Shown: positions 48,127-56,998 of the stretch, piece after piece
Layout of the letters: the number at the start of each line of letters is the position of its first letter
Position numbering within the stretch: the first letter of the stretch is position 1
NCBI GenBank assembly: GCA_016235455.1
Contig: JACRKZ010000085.1
Coordinates: forward strand, 11,286 to 75,285
Source: Armatimonadota bacterium
GTDB lineage: Bacteria > Armatimonadota > UBA10988
DNA: 64,000 nt
Direction of reading: 5' to 3'
Notes under the pieces: generated by a model
Seen by the model: only the letters and a program-made list of their open reading frames with translations
The model's database searches: none
What the model was told of the DNA's origin: nothing
Program-made: the position numbers and the translations under genes

Positions 48127-48999
48127 ATGTCGTTACTGGTGATCGGCGCGAATGGTCGGCTGGGCCGGCAAGTGGTTACGCATTTCGAGGCCGCGGGGCA
48201 TCAGGTCTGGCGCACCTCGCATCGCGAGCCGGCCGACTTCCACCTGGACCTGGCGGAGCCGGTCGGTCGCTGGGCCACGGCTCTGCCCTCGTGCATCACC
48301 CACGCCTGGGTTTGCAGCGGCACCGGCCAGCCGGAAGTGTGTCACCGCGAGCCGCAAAGCACGCGTCTGCTCAACGTAGACCACACGGTCGACCTGCTTG
48401 GCGGATTGCTCGACCGCGGCATCAAGCCGATCATCTGCTCCACGGCCGAAGTGTTCGCGGGCCGCCGCGGCAGTTACAGGGAAGATGACCAGACGGGCCC
48501 CGGCACGGAGTTCGGGCGGCAGAAGAAGGACCTGGAGACCTGGCTGCTGGCCCAGGGCAGACCGTGCCTGGTCGTCCGGCTGACCCAGCTCTACACGACA
48601 GACGCGCCCGACACGTCGCCGGTAGGCGCCCTGCTGGCGAGCTTGCTGGCCGGAGAGACCGTGGCGGCCGCCGACGACGAAGTGCTCTGTCCCACCTTCG
48701 TCGGCGACATCCCCGGCGCGGTGGAGCGACTCACGCGCGCCGGCGCGAACGGCGTCTACCATGTGGCCAATCCGACCACCTGGACGGCCTACGCTCTGGC
48801 GCTGCTGCTGGCCAACCGCCTCGGACGCGCCCGGCTGGTGGAACGCACCAGCCTGCGCGAGCAACTGGGCGCGGGCCACCGCCTGCCCAACACGAGCCTG
48901 GACGTCCGCCGCGTCCTGGCCACCGGGTTCCGGTTCTCCGCGCTCGAGGAGCGCCTGCCCGCCATCCTCGAGGCCAACTGCGCGCCGGCCGCGGCCTGA
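48127..48999 (+). CDS. RmlD-like (dTDP-4-dehydrorhamnose reductase family) extended SDR with catalytic Tyr replaced by Phe
   Basis: VIGANGRLG, STAEVFAG..GSYREDD..P, EFGRQK (YxxxK -> FxxxK), CPTFVGD, GVYHVA, PNTSLD. Confidence 0.8.
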   Translation: MSLLVIGANGRLGRQVVTHFEAAGHQVWRTSHREPADFHLDLAEPVGRWATALPSCITHAWVCSGTGQPEVCHREPQSTRLLNVDHTVDLLGGLLDRGIKPIICSTAEVFAGRRGSYREDDQTGPGTEFGRQKKDLETWLLAQGRPCLVVRLTQLYTTDAPDTSPVGALLASLLAGETVAAADDEVLCPTFVGDIPGAVERLTRAGANGVYHVANPTTWTAYALALLLANRLGRARLVERTSLREQLGAGHRLPNTSLDVRRVLATGFRFSALEERLPAILEANCAPAAA

Positions 49000-49020
49000 A
49001 CGCCGCGCCAACACGCCGCG

Positions 49021-50514
49021 TCAGCGCGGCGCGGACGTGGTGGTGGTGGTCGTTGTCGTCGCCGGCGGACCGGCGGGCGAGGTCACGTCGCTCGGTGCCG
49101 CCACCTCGATCTCGGCCACTTCGATGCCCCGGCCGAGAAGAAGCTTGTAGGTGCCGGGCGCCAGGCCGGCGCCGCGAGGCGCCTTGTCGTCCAGCGCGCC
49201 CTTGCTCGCGGGCGCCGCGCCGGTCTTGCCCGTCGTGCTCTCGAAGCGGTAGGACTGCCCTTGGGCCTCGCTCTTGAGCGTGAACTCGTAACCGCCGCCC
49301 ACCTGCTTGGGCTTGTAGTTGCCGAGGCCGGTGAGCTTCACGGTGCTGCCCGCGGGCGGCGTCACGGTGAAGGTCTTGCCCTTGGCGCTCAGCACGAGCT
49401 TGATCTTGTCCGTGGGCGCCGCCGCCTTGGCCGGCGGCGTGGCGGGTGGCGATGGCATGGCTGCCGCCGTCGTGCCGACAGCCGCGGTGGGCAGCGGCGC
49501 GCCCGCGCCGACCGGCACGCCGGCCTCGGCGCCGGGCGCGGGCGCGGGCGGCGCACCGACCACCGTGCCGGGGGCCGGCGTGGCGGGCGCCACCGGCGTG
49601 AAGGTCTGCGGCGCCGCGCTGCCGGCGGCGACGGTGCCGCTACTTTGAGCCGACTTGCGCCCGAAGAAGACACCCAGCAGCAGCGCCAGCACGATCGCCA
49701 CAACGGCGTACTGTAGCCACTGCCGGGGCGACAATTGGTCCAGGCGGCTCGGGTTGCCAAGCGGTGCGTAGTCGGGCTGAGGCTGATACGACATAGTCGC
49801 TTCTCCGGCGGCAGGCGGCGCGGCGGGCGCCGATGACGAGATGATGGGCAGCGGACCCACTTGCGCGATGGTAATCGATGTCGGCTCGACTTGGCCACGG
49901 TCTGCCGCGAGTCGAAGGACTCGTTCGCAGGCCACGATCAGATCGGTCTGACCGATCTGGCTGACCAGGTCGGCCGCGCTGACTACCTGACCCAGCCTGC
50001 GGCCGGTGAGGATGATGCGGTCGCCTGGCCGAATGGTGCCGGTGCCGACACTCACCTCCGGCGTCTCGAGTTGGCCGAGCAGCGCGGTCGATTCGTTGGT
50101 CAGCGGGTGGATGTGGGCCACGCGTAAGTGGTAGGCGCCGCCGCCACCGATGTGGGCCAGCGCGAACCCGTCATCGCGGAAGCACAGGCAGGTGAGCGCA
50201 CAGTACTGCCCCGCGTCGCGTAGCGCGGTGTTGATCGACAGCACGCACTGGTAGACATAGTCGGCGAGCCGCTCGCGGTCCGTCGCGGCCGGGGCGCTGG
50301 GCGCGGTCAGCATCCGTTCCAGGTGGTCGAGCACGAAGGCGGCCGTCTGCCCGGCGGCGGCCTGGCCACCGGCGTCGGCCAGGGCGACGATGCCGCGCAG
50401 GCCCAGCGGCGAGGCGTCGCCAGACGGCGCCTGCCAGATCAGCTGCCGTTCGCCGGCCGGTCCGCCGTACGCCAACTGGTGCCGGGCCACCGCGGTAATG
50501 TCGACGCGGTCCAT
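49021..50514 (-). CDS. Membrane-anchored protein: degenerate PP2C/PrpC-like domain, one TM helix, Pro/Ala-rich extracellular tail
   Basis: GIVALADAGG, AHIGGGGAYHLR, LT...LG...PEV......GDRIILTGRRL; TM YAVVAIVLALLLGVFFG; RBS gaggaggg. Confidence 0.7.
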   Translation of the reverse strand: MDRVDITAVARHQLAYGGPAGERQLIWQAPSGDASPLGLRGIVALADAGGQAAAGQTAAFVLDHLERMLTAPSAPAATDRERLADYVYQCVLSINTALRDAGQYCALTCLCFRDDGFALAHIGGGGAYHLRVAHIHPLTNESTALLGQLETPEVSVGTGTIRPGDRIILTGRRLGQVVSAADLVSQIGQTDLIVACERVLRLAADRGQVEPTSITIAQVGPLPIISSSAPAAPPAAGEATMSYQPQPDYAPLGNPSRLDQLSPRQWLQYAVVAIVLALLLGVFFGRKSAQSSGTVAAGSAAPQTFTPVAPATPAPGTVVGAPPAPAPGAEAGVPVGAGAPLPTAAVGTTAAAMPSPPATPPAKAAAPTDKIKLVLSAKGKTFTVTPPAGSTVKLTGLGNYKPKQVGGGYEFTLKSEAQGQSYRFESTTGKTGAAPASKGALDDKAPRGAGLAPGTYKLLLGRGIEVAEIEVAAPSDVTSPAGPPATTTTTTTTSAPR

Positions 50515-50537
50515 GCCGGACCCTCCTCGCCGGGACA

Positions 50538-50562
50538 GTTCGGCGCCGGGCCGCTCTCTCCT
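50538..50562 (-). promoter_or_regulatory. SigH-like promoter AGGA-N16-CGAAC
   Basis: Minus strand agga gagagcggcccggcgc cgaac, 23 nt upstream of ATG 50514. Confidence 0.6.
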
Positions 50563-50589
50563 TCAAGGCCGCCGCGGTTGGCGCGCTGC

Positions 50590-50618
50590 TTGGCGCAAAT
50601 CGCCTTCTCGGGTACCAT
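50590..50618 (+). promoter_or_regulatory. sigma70 promoter TTGGCG-N17-TACCAT for pfp
   Basis: 17-nt spacer, upstream of ATG 50686. Confidence 0.45.
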
Positions 50619-50685
50619 ATTGGGCGACCAACACCCAGCTAGCCGGTCCGCGGACGCATCTTGCGGCTCGGCGGGAGAAGTGACG

Positions 50686-52341
50686 ATGAGTGCCAAGGTT
50701 TCCGCCCTGCAAGCCGCGCGGGCGTCGTACAGTCCGAAGCTGCCGCATGTGCTGCTGGCCGTGGACCAGACCATCGAGCTCGGCGCGCCGACCGCGCCGC
50801 CCACCCATGCCGAGGACATCGCCAAGCGCTTCCCCGAGACCTTCGGTCAGCCCGTGGCCACCGTCCGCGCCGGCGATCTGGCCGGCAGGCAGGCGCGGCC
50901 GCTGAAGGTGGGCGTGGTCCTCTCCGGCGGCCAGGCGCCCGGTGGTCACAACGTCATCGCCGGCCTGTTCGACGCGCTCAAGGCGGTCCATCCCGACAGC
51001 CAGCTGTTCGGCTTCCTCAAGGGGCCCGGCGGCGTGATCAAGGGCAAGTACACCGAACTGACCGCCGAGTCCATCCTGCCCTTCCGCAACACCGGCGGCT
51101 TCTCGATGATCATGTCTGGTCGCGACAAGATTGAGAAGCCCGACGATCTCGAAGCCTGCCGGAAGAACTTCGAAGCGATGGGCCTCGACGGCCTGGCCGT
51201 GGTCGGCGGCGACGACAGCAACACCAACGCTGCCGTGCTGGCCGAGTACCTCAAGGCCAAGGGCTGCAAGACGGTGGTGGTCGGCGTACCCAAGACCATC
51301 GACGGCGACATGAAGAACGAGCAGATCGAGACCTCGTTCGGCTTCGACACGGCCTGTAAAGTCTACAGTGAGCTGATCGGCAACATCGCCCGCGACGCCA
51401 CCTCGGCGGTCAAGTACTGGCACTTCATCCGCCTCATGGGCCGCGCCGCCAGCCACGTGACGCTGGAGTGCGCCCTGCAGACTCAACCCAACCTGGCGCT
51501 CATCTCCGAGCAGGTGGAGGCCGACGGCAAAACGCTCAGCGACGTGGTCGACATGATCGTCGAGGCCGTCGTGGCCCGCGCCAACGCCGGCCGGCACTAC
51601 GGCATCCTGTTGCTGCCCGAGGGCATCATCGAGTTCATGCCCGACCTCAAGAAGCTCATTCGCGAACTGCAGGACATCCTCCACAGCAACGAGAAGTATG
51701 TCAACGGGCTGCCGAACCACGGAGAACGGGTGCAGTATGTGATGGGCCAACTGCCCGCCGATAGCGCCAAGGTCTACGGCGGTCTGCCCGAGGGCGTGCA
51801 GGCGGTGCTGCTGACCTGCGACAGCCACGGCAACATTCCGCTGTCCCAGGTGGAGACCGAGCGCCTGCTCATGGACCTGGCCGGCGACAAGATCCGCCTG
51901 TTGGAGGAGCAGCGCGGCGCCAAGTACAAGTTCGCGCCGCTCGGCCACTTCCTGGGCTACGAAGGCCGCTGCGCCGCGCCGACCAACTTCGACGCCGACT
52001 ACTGCTACAGCCTGGGCTACACCGCCGCGCTGTTCGTGCGCGATGGCCTAACCGGCTACACCGTCCACGTCCGCAACCTGATGGCGCCGGCCGCCGAATG
52101 GCAGCCAGGTGGCACGCCCGTGACCATGATGCTCAACATGGAGCAGCGCAAGGGCAAGCCGACCCCGGTCATCAAGAAGACGCTGGTCGACCTGGCCGGC
52201 AAGCCGCTGGCGCAGTACCTGGCCAACGCCGCCGAGTGGTCGATCAACGACTGCTTCGTACAGCCGGGCCCCATCCAGTACTTTGGGCCGAGCGAAGTCT
52301 GCGATCAGCCGACCGAGACGCTGCGGCTTGAGTCGACGTAG
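50686..52341 (+). CDS. pfp: Pyrophosphate-dependent phosphofructokinase (long clade)
   Basis: GVVLSGGQAPGGHNVI, RNTGGF, GRDKI, GGDDSNTNA (PPi-specific GGDD), PKTIDGD, MGRAASH, GYEGRC. Confidence 0.96.
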   Translation: MSAKVSALQAARASYSPKLPHVLLAVDQTIELGAPTAPPTHAEDIAKRFPETFGQPVATVRAGDLAGRQARPLKVGVVLSGGQAPGGHNVIAGLFDALKAVHPDSQLFGFLKGPGGVIKGKYTELTAESILPFRNTGGFSMIMSGRDKIEKPDDLEACRKNFEAMGLDGLAVVGGDDSNTNAAVLAEYLKAKGCKTVVVGVPKTIDGDMKNEQIETSFGFDTACKVYSELIGNIARDATSAVKYWHFIRLMGRAASHVTLECALQTQPNLALISEQVEADGKTLSDVVDMIVEAVVARANAGRHYGILLLPEGIIEFMPDLKKLIRELQDILHSNEKYVNGLPNHGERVQYVMGQLPADSAKVYGGLPEGVQAVLLTCDSHGNIPLSQVETERLLMDLAGDKIRLLEEQRGAKYKFAPLGHFLGYEGRCAAPTNFDADYCYSLGYTAALFVRDGLTGYTVHVRNLMAPAAEWQPGGTPVTMMLNMEQRKGKPTPVIKKTLVDLAGKPLAQYLANAAEWSINDCFVQPGPIQYFGPSEVCDQPTETLRLEST

Positions 52342-52356
52342 GCTCTGTACCTCTGA

Positions 52357-52387
52357 GTGGGCGCCGCTGGCCGACGGCGGCGCCCAC
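52357..52387 (+). terminator. GC-rich hairpin after pfp (terminator- or REP-like)
   Basis: 11-bp IR gtgggcgccgc/gcggcgcccac; no U-tract. Confidence 0.45.
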
Positions 52388-52447
52388 GTCGGTTCTCAGT
52401 GAAGGACTCCGGCCGCACGCACCGCATACCCAACCTCGGAGCTGACC

Positions 52448-55400
52448 ATGGCACGATGGTGGGTCTTGTTTGCGGCATCGCTGGGCGCCGCGTCGGCGGC
52501 TGAATTGCGCCTCGTTGGTGAGGCCCAGCCGGGCCGCGTCGTGGTGGTGCGGCTGCAAGCACCGCCCACCGCACCAGGCGCCCCACCACTGGCGGCGTTC
52601 CTGGCGCGCGGGACCGAATTAGTGGCGCTGCCCAGCCAGTGGGACGGCCGAATGGCCGAGGAGCCGCTGGCCTTCTGGCTGCCGGCCGATGCCACACTGG
52701 ACCAGGTGCGGCTCCGTACGGCCACCACACCGTCCAGGGTCAGCCTGCCCGTGCCGCTGCTGCAACTCAAGCACGACGGCGCGCGGCTCACGGTCGAAGG
52801 CTCGACGTTCCGCGTCACGCACGAGCCTGCCAAGCAGGGCGGCCTGCCCTCGACCCTCGAGTTGCTGCCCGCGGGCAAGCGCTTCGACACCTACGCGCTC
52901 AACGACCGCGTCTACCGCAAGGCTGACGGCGGATTCCAGCTGCGCAGCGACACGTCGCCACAGCTCGACGTGCTGGCCGAGGGGCCGCTGCGCGTCGTGG
53001 TGCGGGTGCACGCGCGCTACCTCAACGAGGCCGGCGTCGCGCCCAAGGGCGACCCGTCGGCGACGTACCTGTTCACCTACCTGGCCGACTCGCCGCGCGT
53101 CGAGGTGGCTGCCGAGATGAGCCAGACCGGCAGCGACTGGGACGAGCTGCACCTCCTTGAGATCAACTTCGCCGACACCTCATTCAGCGGCTGGATCGGC
53201 GGCGACCCGCTGACCGAGGGCAAGTTCGTCGCCAACTCGCAGAGCATCCGCAAGGCGTGGGGCGCGCTGGTCGAGGGCGATGCGGCCGTGGGGCTGGCCA
53301 GCCCCGGCGGCGTGGTGCTGTACGACGGACGCGGCGGCTATGGCACCTACCTCCACGGCCCGTGGCCCAACTGGTCGGGCAACACGATGCGGTTGCGCTC
53401 GACACTCATCCTGTCTGGCCGCCCCGATGCGCGACAGGTGGTGGCGCGCGAAGCGCGCCTGGCGGCGGCGCCGCCGGTGACCGCGCTGAACGAGTCCGCC
53501 GTGCAGGCGCTGGCCGAGACGCTGCGCCGCGCCGACACGCTGCCCTCAGCGGTAGCAGCGCGGGCGCGCTGGTGGGCGCATCTGGCCCGGGCCCGCGCCG
53601 AGGCCGGCGAGCAGCGCCTGGCGGAGAAGCTGGCGCTGGCCGCCTGGGCCGCGGTCAGCGTGGCCAAGCCGTCTCCAGCGAGCATCACCCGCGCCATGGC
53701 GGCGGCCGGCGGATTCGCCGTGCTGGCCAGCGACGAACTCGGCGTGGCCGTGGAGCGTGGCCGGCTGGCCAGTCTCTACGATCTCCGCCGTCAGCGCGAG
53801 CTGTTGCGCGGCGCGGTGCTGCCCTGGTCGCTCACCGTGCGCGAAGCGGCCGGCAAGATCAGCGAAGCGCCGGAACCGCCGACGGCCGCCGCGTCGCCCG
53901 ATGGCGATGGCCGGTCCATGACCATCGCCTACCGCCAGACCGTGCCCGCCGGCCTGCTGGAGACGCGGCTGTGGCTGCAGGTGACCGGCCCGCGCCTGGC
54001 CATGCGACTGCGCGTGCTGCCGGGCTCCAAGGCGGCCCTGTGGCAAGTGCGCTTCCCGCTGGTCAAGCTCGGCAGGCTGGGCGCGGATGGCACCGACGAC
54101 CGCTTCTTCTTCCCCCGCGGGCCAGGGCAGTTGGAGAGCGACCCCGTGGGTCGCGGCGTGCAGTGGCGCGGCCGCTATCCCAGCGGCTGGACGTCGATGC
54201 AGTACATGGCCGTCTACGATCGCGACGGTGGGGTGTACATCGGCGCCGAGGACCCCGTGGCGTCGACCAAGGACCTGTACGGTGGCGGCACCGGCGATGG
54301 CGGGACCGTCACCTACGGCATCGAGTGGCCGGTGCCCAACATGGGCACGCCGGGCACGGGCTTCGACACGTCGGGCAAGGTAGCGCTGGAGCTGTTCGGT
54401 GGCGACTGGTTCGACGCGGCGCGCATCTACCGCCGCTTCGCGGAGAACGAAGCCCAGTGGTGGCCGGCCCGCGCCAAGGCCAAGCAGACGCCGCGCGAGA
54501 TGCGCGACCTGGCCGCCTGGGCCTGCGTTGGCGCCACGCCCTATGAGCCGGACAACGTGGTCAGCCGCGTCAAGGAGATGGCCAAGTTCATGGGCGTGCC
54601 CATGGCCCTGCACTGGTACTCCTGGCACCAGATCCCCTTCGACACCAACTACCCGCACTACAAGCCGCCCAAGCCGCGCGTTGAGGAAGGAGTCAAAGAG
54701 CTGCAGGCTGCTGGCATCAAGGTCATGCCGTACATCAACGCCCGCCTCTGGGACCAGGCCCTGGAAGACTTCGCCCAGGCCAAGCCGTATGCCACGACCG
54801 ATATCGACGGCACGCTGTACACGGAGGAGTACGGCAATGGCGTGAAGCAGGCAGCCATGTGCCCGACCACGCCGCTGTGGCGCGACACGGTGCGAGACAC
54901 CGTGCTGTGGCTGCAGAACGAGGTCGGCGTGGACGGGGTCTACATGGATCAGGTGGCTGCCGCCGACCCTCGGCTCTGCTTCGACGCCAAGCACGGGCAC
55001 CCGCTCGGTGGCGGCTGCTGGTGGACGCGCGACGGCTACTGGCCGCTGCTGGCCCGACTGCGCGCGGCCATGCCCAAAGGCAAGTTCATCACCACCGAGT
55101 GCAACGCCGACCCGTACATGCAGTACTTCGACGGCTACCTGAGCTGGCACTGGCAGTATCAGGACCAGGTGCCGGCCTTCTCGGCGGTCTATGCCGACCA
55201 GGTGGTGCTGTTCGGCCGCTCCTACGGCGGCGGCGAGACGCGTGAGGCCGCGGCGCGCATGAAGGCTGGCGAATCGTTGGTCTTTGGCGAGCAGATCGGC
55301 TGGATCGACCCGGAGATCCGCAGTCGCCCGGCCGGCCCGTTCGTCCGCGATTGCGCGCGCTTGCGCTACCGCCTGCGGCCGCACCTGGCCGGCGGCACCA

Positions 55401-55747
55401 TGCAGCGGCCGCCCAAGCTCGAGGGCGACATCCCGTCCATCACCGCCGACTGGCAGTGGTCGGGCACCTGGCCCATCACCACCCCAGCCCTGCGCACGGG
55501 CGCCTGGCGCACACCCGACGGCCAGGAGACAGCCATGATCGTGGCCAACGTGTCGGAGCAGCCGCTGACCGTCAAGTACGCGGTCAACGCCGCCGACCTC
55601 GGCCTGCGCGCGGGCAGCCGACTGACGGTCAAGCTGACGCCGGCCGACGGCGAGCCGACCACGCTGCGCTGGCGCGATGGCGAGACGGTGACGCTGAGCT
55701 TGCCGGCGACGACGGTGCTGGCCTGGGTGGTGTCGCGCGAACGGTGA
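52448..55747 (+). CDS. Large secreted DUF6259-type putative glycoside hydrolase
   Basis: Signal peptide; YP...SMQ, GDWFDAARIYR, HWYSWH.IPFD..YP, MPYINARLWD, MCP, GVDGVYMDQV, TTECNADPY. Confidence 0.7.
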   Translation: MARWWVLFAASLGAASAAELRLVGEAQPGRVVVVRLQAPPTAPGAPPLAAFLARGTELVALPSQWDGRMAEEPLAFWLPADATLDQVRLRTATTPSRVSLPVPLLQLKHDGARLTVEGSTFRVTHEPAKQGGLPSTLELLPAGKRFDTYALNDRVYRKADGGFQLRSDTSPQLDVLAEGPLRVVVRVHARYLNEAGVAPKGDPSATYLFTYLADSPRVEVAAEMSQTGSDWDELHLLEINFADTSFSGWIGGDPLTEGKFVANSQSIRKAWGALVEGDAAVGLASPGGVVLYDGRGGYGTYLHGPWPNWSGNTMRLRSTLILSGRPDARQVVAREARLAAAPPVTALNESAVQALAETLRRADTLPSAVAARARWWAHLARARAEAGEQRLAEKLALAAWAAVSVAKPSPASITRAMAAAGGFAVLASDELGVAVERGRLASLYDLRRQRELLRGAVLPWSLTVREAAGKISEAPEPPTAAASPDGDGRSMTIAYRQTVPAGLLETRLWLQVTGPRLAMRLRVLPGSKAALWQVRFPLVKLGRLGADGTDDRFFFPRGPGQLESDPVGRGVQWRGRYPSGWTSMQYMAVYDRDGGVYIGAEDPVASTKDLYGGGTGDGGTVTYGIEWPVPNMGTPGTGFDTSGKVALELFGGDWFDAARIYRRFAENEAQWWPARAKAKQTPREMRDLAAWACVGATPYEPDNVVSRVKEMAKFMGVPMALHWYSWHQIPFDTNYPHYKPPKPRVEEGVKELQAAGIKVMPYINARLWDQALEDFAQAKPYATTDIDGTLYTEEYGNGVKQAAMCPTTPLWRDTVRDTVLWLQNEVGVDGVYMDQVAAADPRLCFDAKHGHPLGGGCWWTRDGYWPLLARLRAAMPKGKFITTECNADPYMQYFDGYLSWHWQYQDQVPAFSAVYADQVVLFGRSYGGGETREAAARMKAGESLVFGEQIGWIDPEIRSRPAGPFVRDCARLRYRLRPHLAGGTMQRPPKLEGDIPSITADWQWSGTWPITTPALRTGAWRTPDGQETAMIVANVSEQPLTVKYAVNAADLGLRAGSRLTVKLTPADGEPTTLRWRDGETVTLSLPATTVLAWVVSRER

Positions 55748-55801
55748 CGCCTCACTTGATCAGCGCGCCGCTGTGTGCCATAACCGCTGCGGAGAGGCGC
55801 G

Positions 55802-56875
55802 ATGGGGTGGTGGTGGTTGTGTCTGGCCGTGGTGGCGAGTGTGGCCTGGGCGGATGATGGCGCCCTACGCGGCGCCGGTGGCTCGCCGGCGTTCATGGAT
55901 GAGCACCCGTCGGTGCGCATGGTCTCGGAAGTGGTCGATCTGCACGCGCCGTCAGGCTGGGTGACCGCGCGCTTCGTCTTCCGCAACGACGGGCCGGCCT
56001 GCACGGTGGCCATGGGCTTCCCGGAGACCATCGGCGGCATGACCACGATGGCCTACGGACCGAGCCTGGGCGCCTTCCGCAGTTGGCTCGACGGCCGACC
56101 GCTGCGACGCCGATGGGTGGCGACTCGCGGCGAGACCGAGCGTTACCGTGGCTTCTGGCAGGCGCGCGTGCGGTTCGGCGCCGGCCAGACGCGGGTGGTG
56201 ATGGACCGGTACCGCGACGGCGGGCTGAGCGCCGAGGATGACCGCACCCGCCAGTTGACCTACGTGCTGCGTTCGGGCGCCTCGTGGCGCGGGCCGATCG
56301 GCGACGGGCTGCTGCGCGTGCATTGCGACACGCGTCAGGGATGGACCTACACCTCGCGGCCGGCCAGCCGCCAGGTCGGCGAGTCGACGCTGGTCTGGCG
56401 CTTCCATGACCTGGAGCCATCGGAGGACTTCGTGGTGCGCTGGCGGGAGCGCTTTGAATGCCTCACGGTCAACGGCCCGCTGACCCGTGGCAACGCGCGG
56501 ACGGACCCGGGCGATCTCAGCGACCAAGCGGCCGACGAGCTGCCGGCACGCACGCGCGGCCAGCTCGTCTGGATGACGCTGCGACAGGCCAGTCGCGAAC
56601 TCGGCCTGAACTTCAGCGCCTGGCCCAAGCCCGACGGCTACTACGTGGAACTGCACTCCGGCCAGACCATGCTACAGATGCGCGAGGGTAGCCGCAACGT
56701 GCTCGCTGGAGGACACGTGTACCGGTTGCGCGAGCCGTTGCGCCGCGAAGACGGCTGGCTGCGCATCTGCCTGCAGGACCTGGTTGCGCCGCTGGGCGGC
56801 ACCTGGCGGTGGCGCACTGACCCGTGGGGTCTGGTCGTCGACCTGCCCCGACAGGCAGAATCGGCCAAGGGCTGA
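55802..56875 (+). CDS. Secreted DUF4424-like protein with C-terminal copper-amine-oxidase-N-like stalk domain
   Basis: Signal peptide; DDG..GGS....HPSVRMVSEVV, FVFRNDG...MGFP, YVLRSGASWRGPIG. Confidence 0.65.
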   Translation: MGWWWLCLAVVASVAWADDGALRGAGGSPAFMDEHPSVRMVSEVVDLHAPSGWVTARFVFRNDGPACTVAMGFPETIGGMTTMAYGPSLGAFRSWLDGRPLRRRWVATRGETERYRGFWQARVRFGAGQTRVVMDRYRDGGLSAEDDRTRQLTYVLRSGASWRGPIGDGLLRVHCDTRQGWTYTSRPASRQVGESTLVWRFHDLEPSEDFVVRWRERFECLTVNGPLTRGNARTDPGDLSDQAADELPARTRGQLVWMTLRQASRELGLNFSAWPKPDGYYVELHSGQTMLQMREGSRNVLAGGHVYRLREPLRREDGWLRICLQDLVAPLGGTWRWRTDPWGLVVDLPRQAESAKG

Positions 56876-56899
56876 AGGCGCGCCCGCGGCCAAGGCCCT

Positions 56900-56946
56900 C
56901 AGCCCAGGGCGTTGCCCTGGGCTGGCATGACACCGGGCCTTCGGCC
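56900..56946. repeat. REP-like element, family CCCAGGGC-GTT-GCCCTGGG, with secondary ggcc-ttc-ggcc hairpin
   Basis: 11-bp stem cagcccagggc/gccctgggctg; siblings at 56973 and 58416. Confidence 0.8.
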
Positions 56947-56972
56947 TTCCGACCCGTGCGCGTCGCCGCGGT

Positions 56973-56992
56973 CACGACCCAGGGCGTTGCCC
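56973..56992. repeat. Truncated CCCAGGGCGTTGCCC REP copy
   Basis: cacgacccagggcgttgccc, identical to 58416-58435. Confidence 0.7.
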
Positions 56993-56998
56993 CCTAGC

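Noticed and set aside
49030-49640. Pro/Ala/Thr low-complexity stretch as a possible tandem repeat
   Set aside because: A coding linker with no regular nucleotide period.
50621-50672. Small hairpins in the pfp leader
   Set aside because: Short GC-rich stems are expected by chance at this GC content; no known motif.
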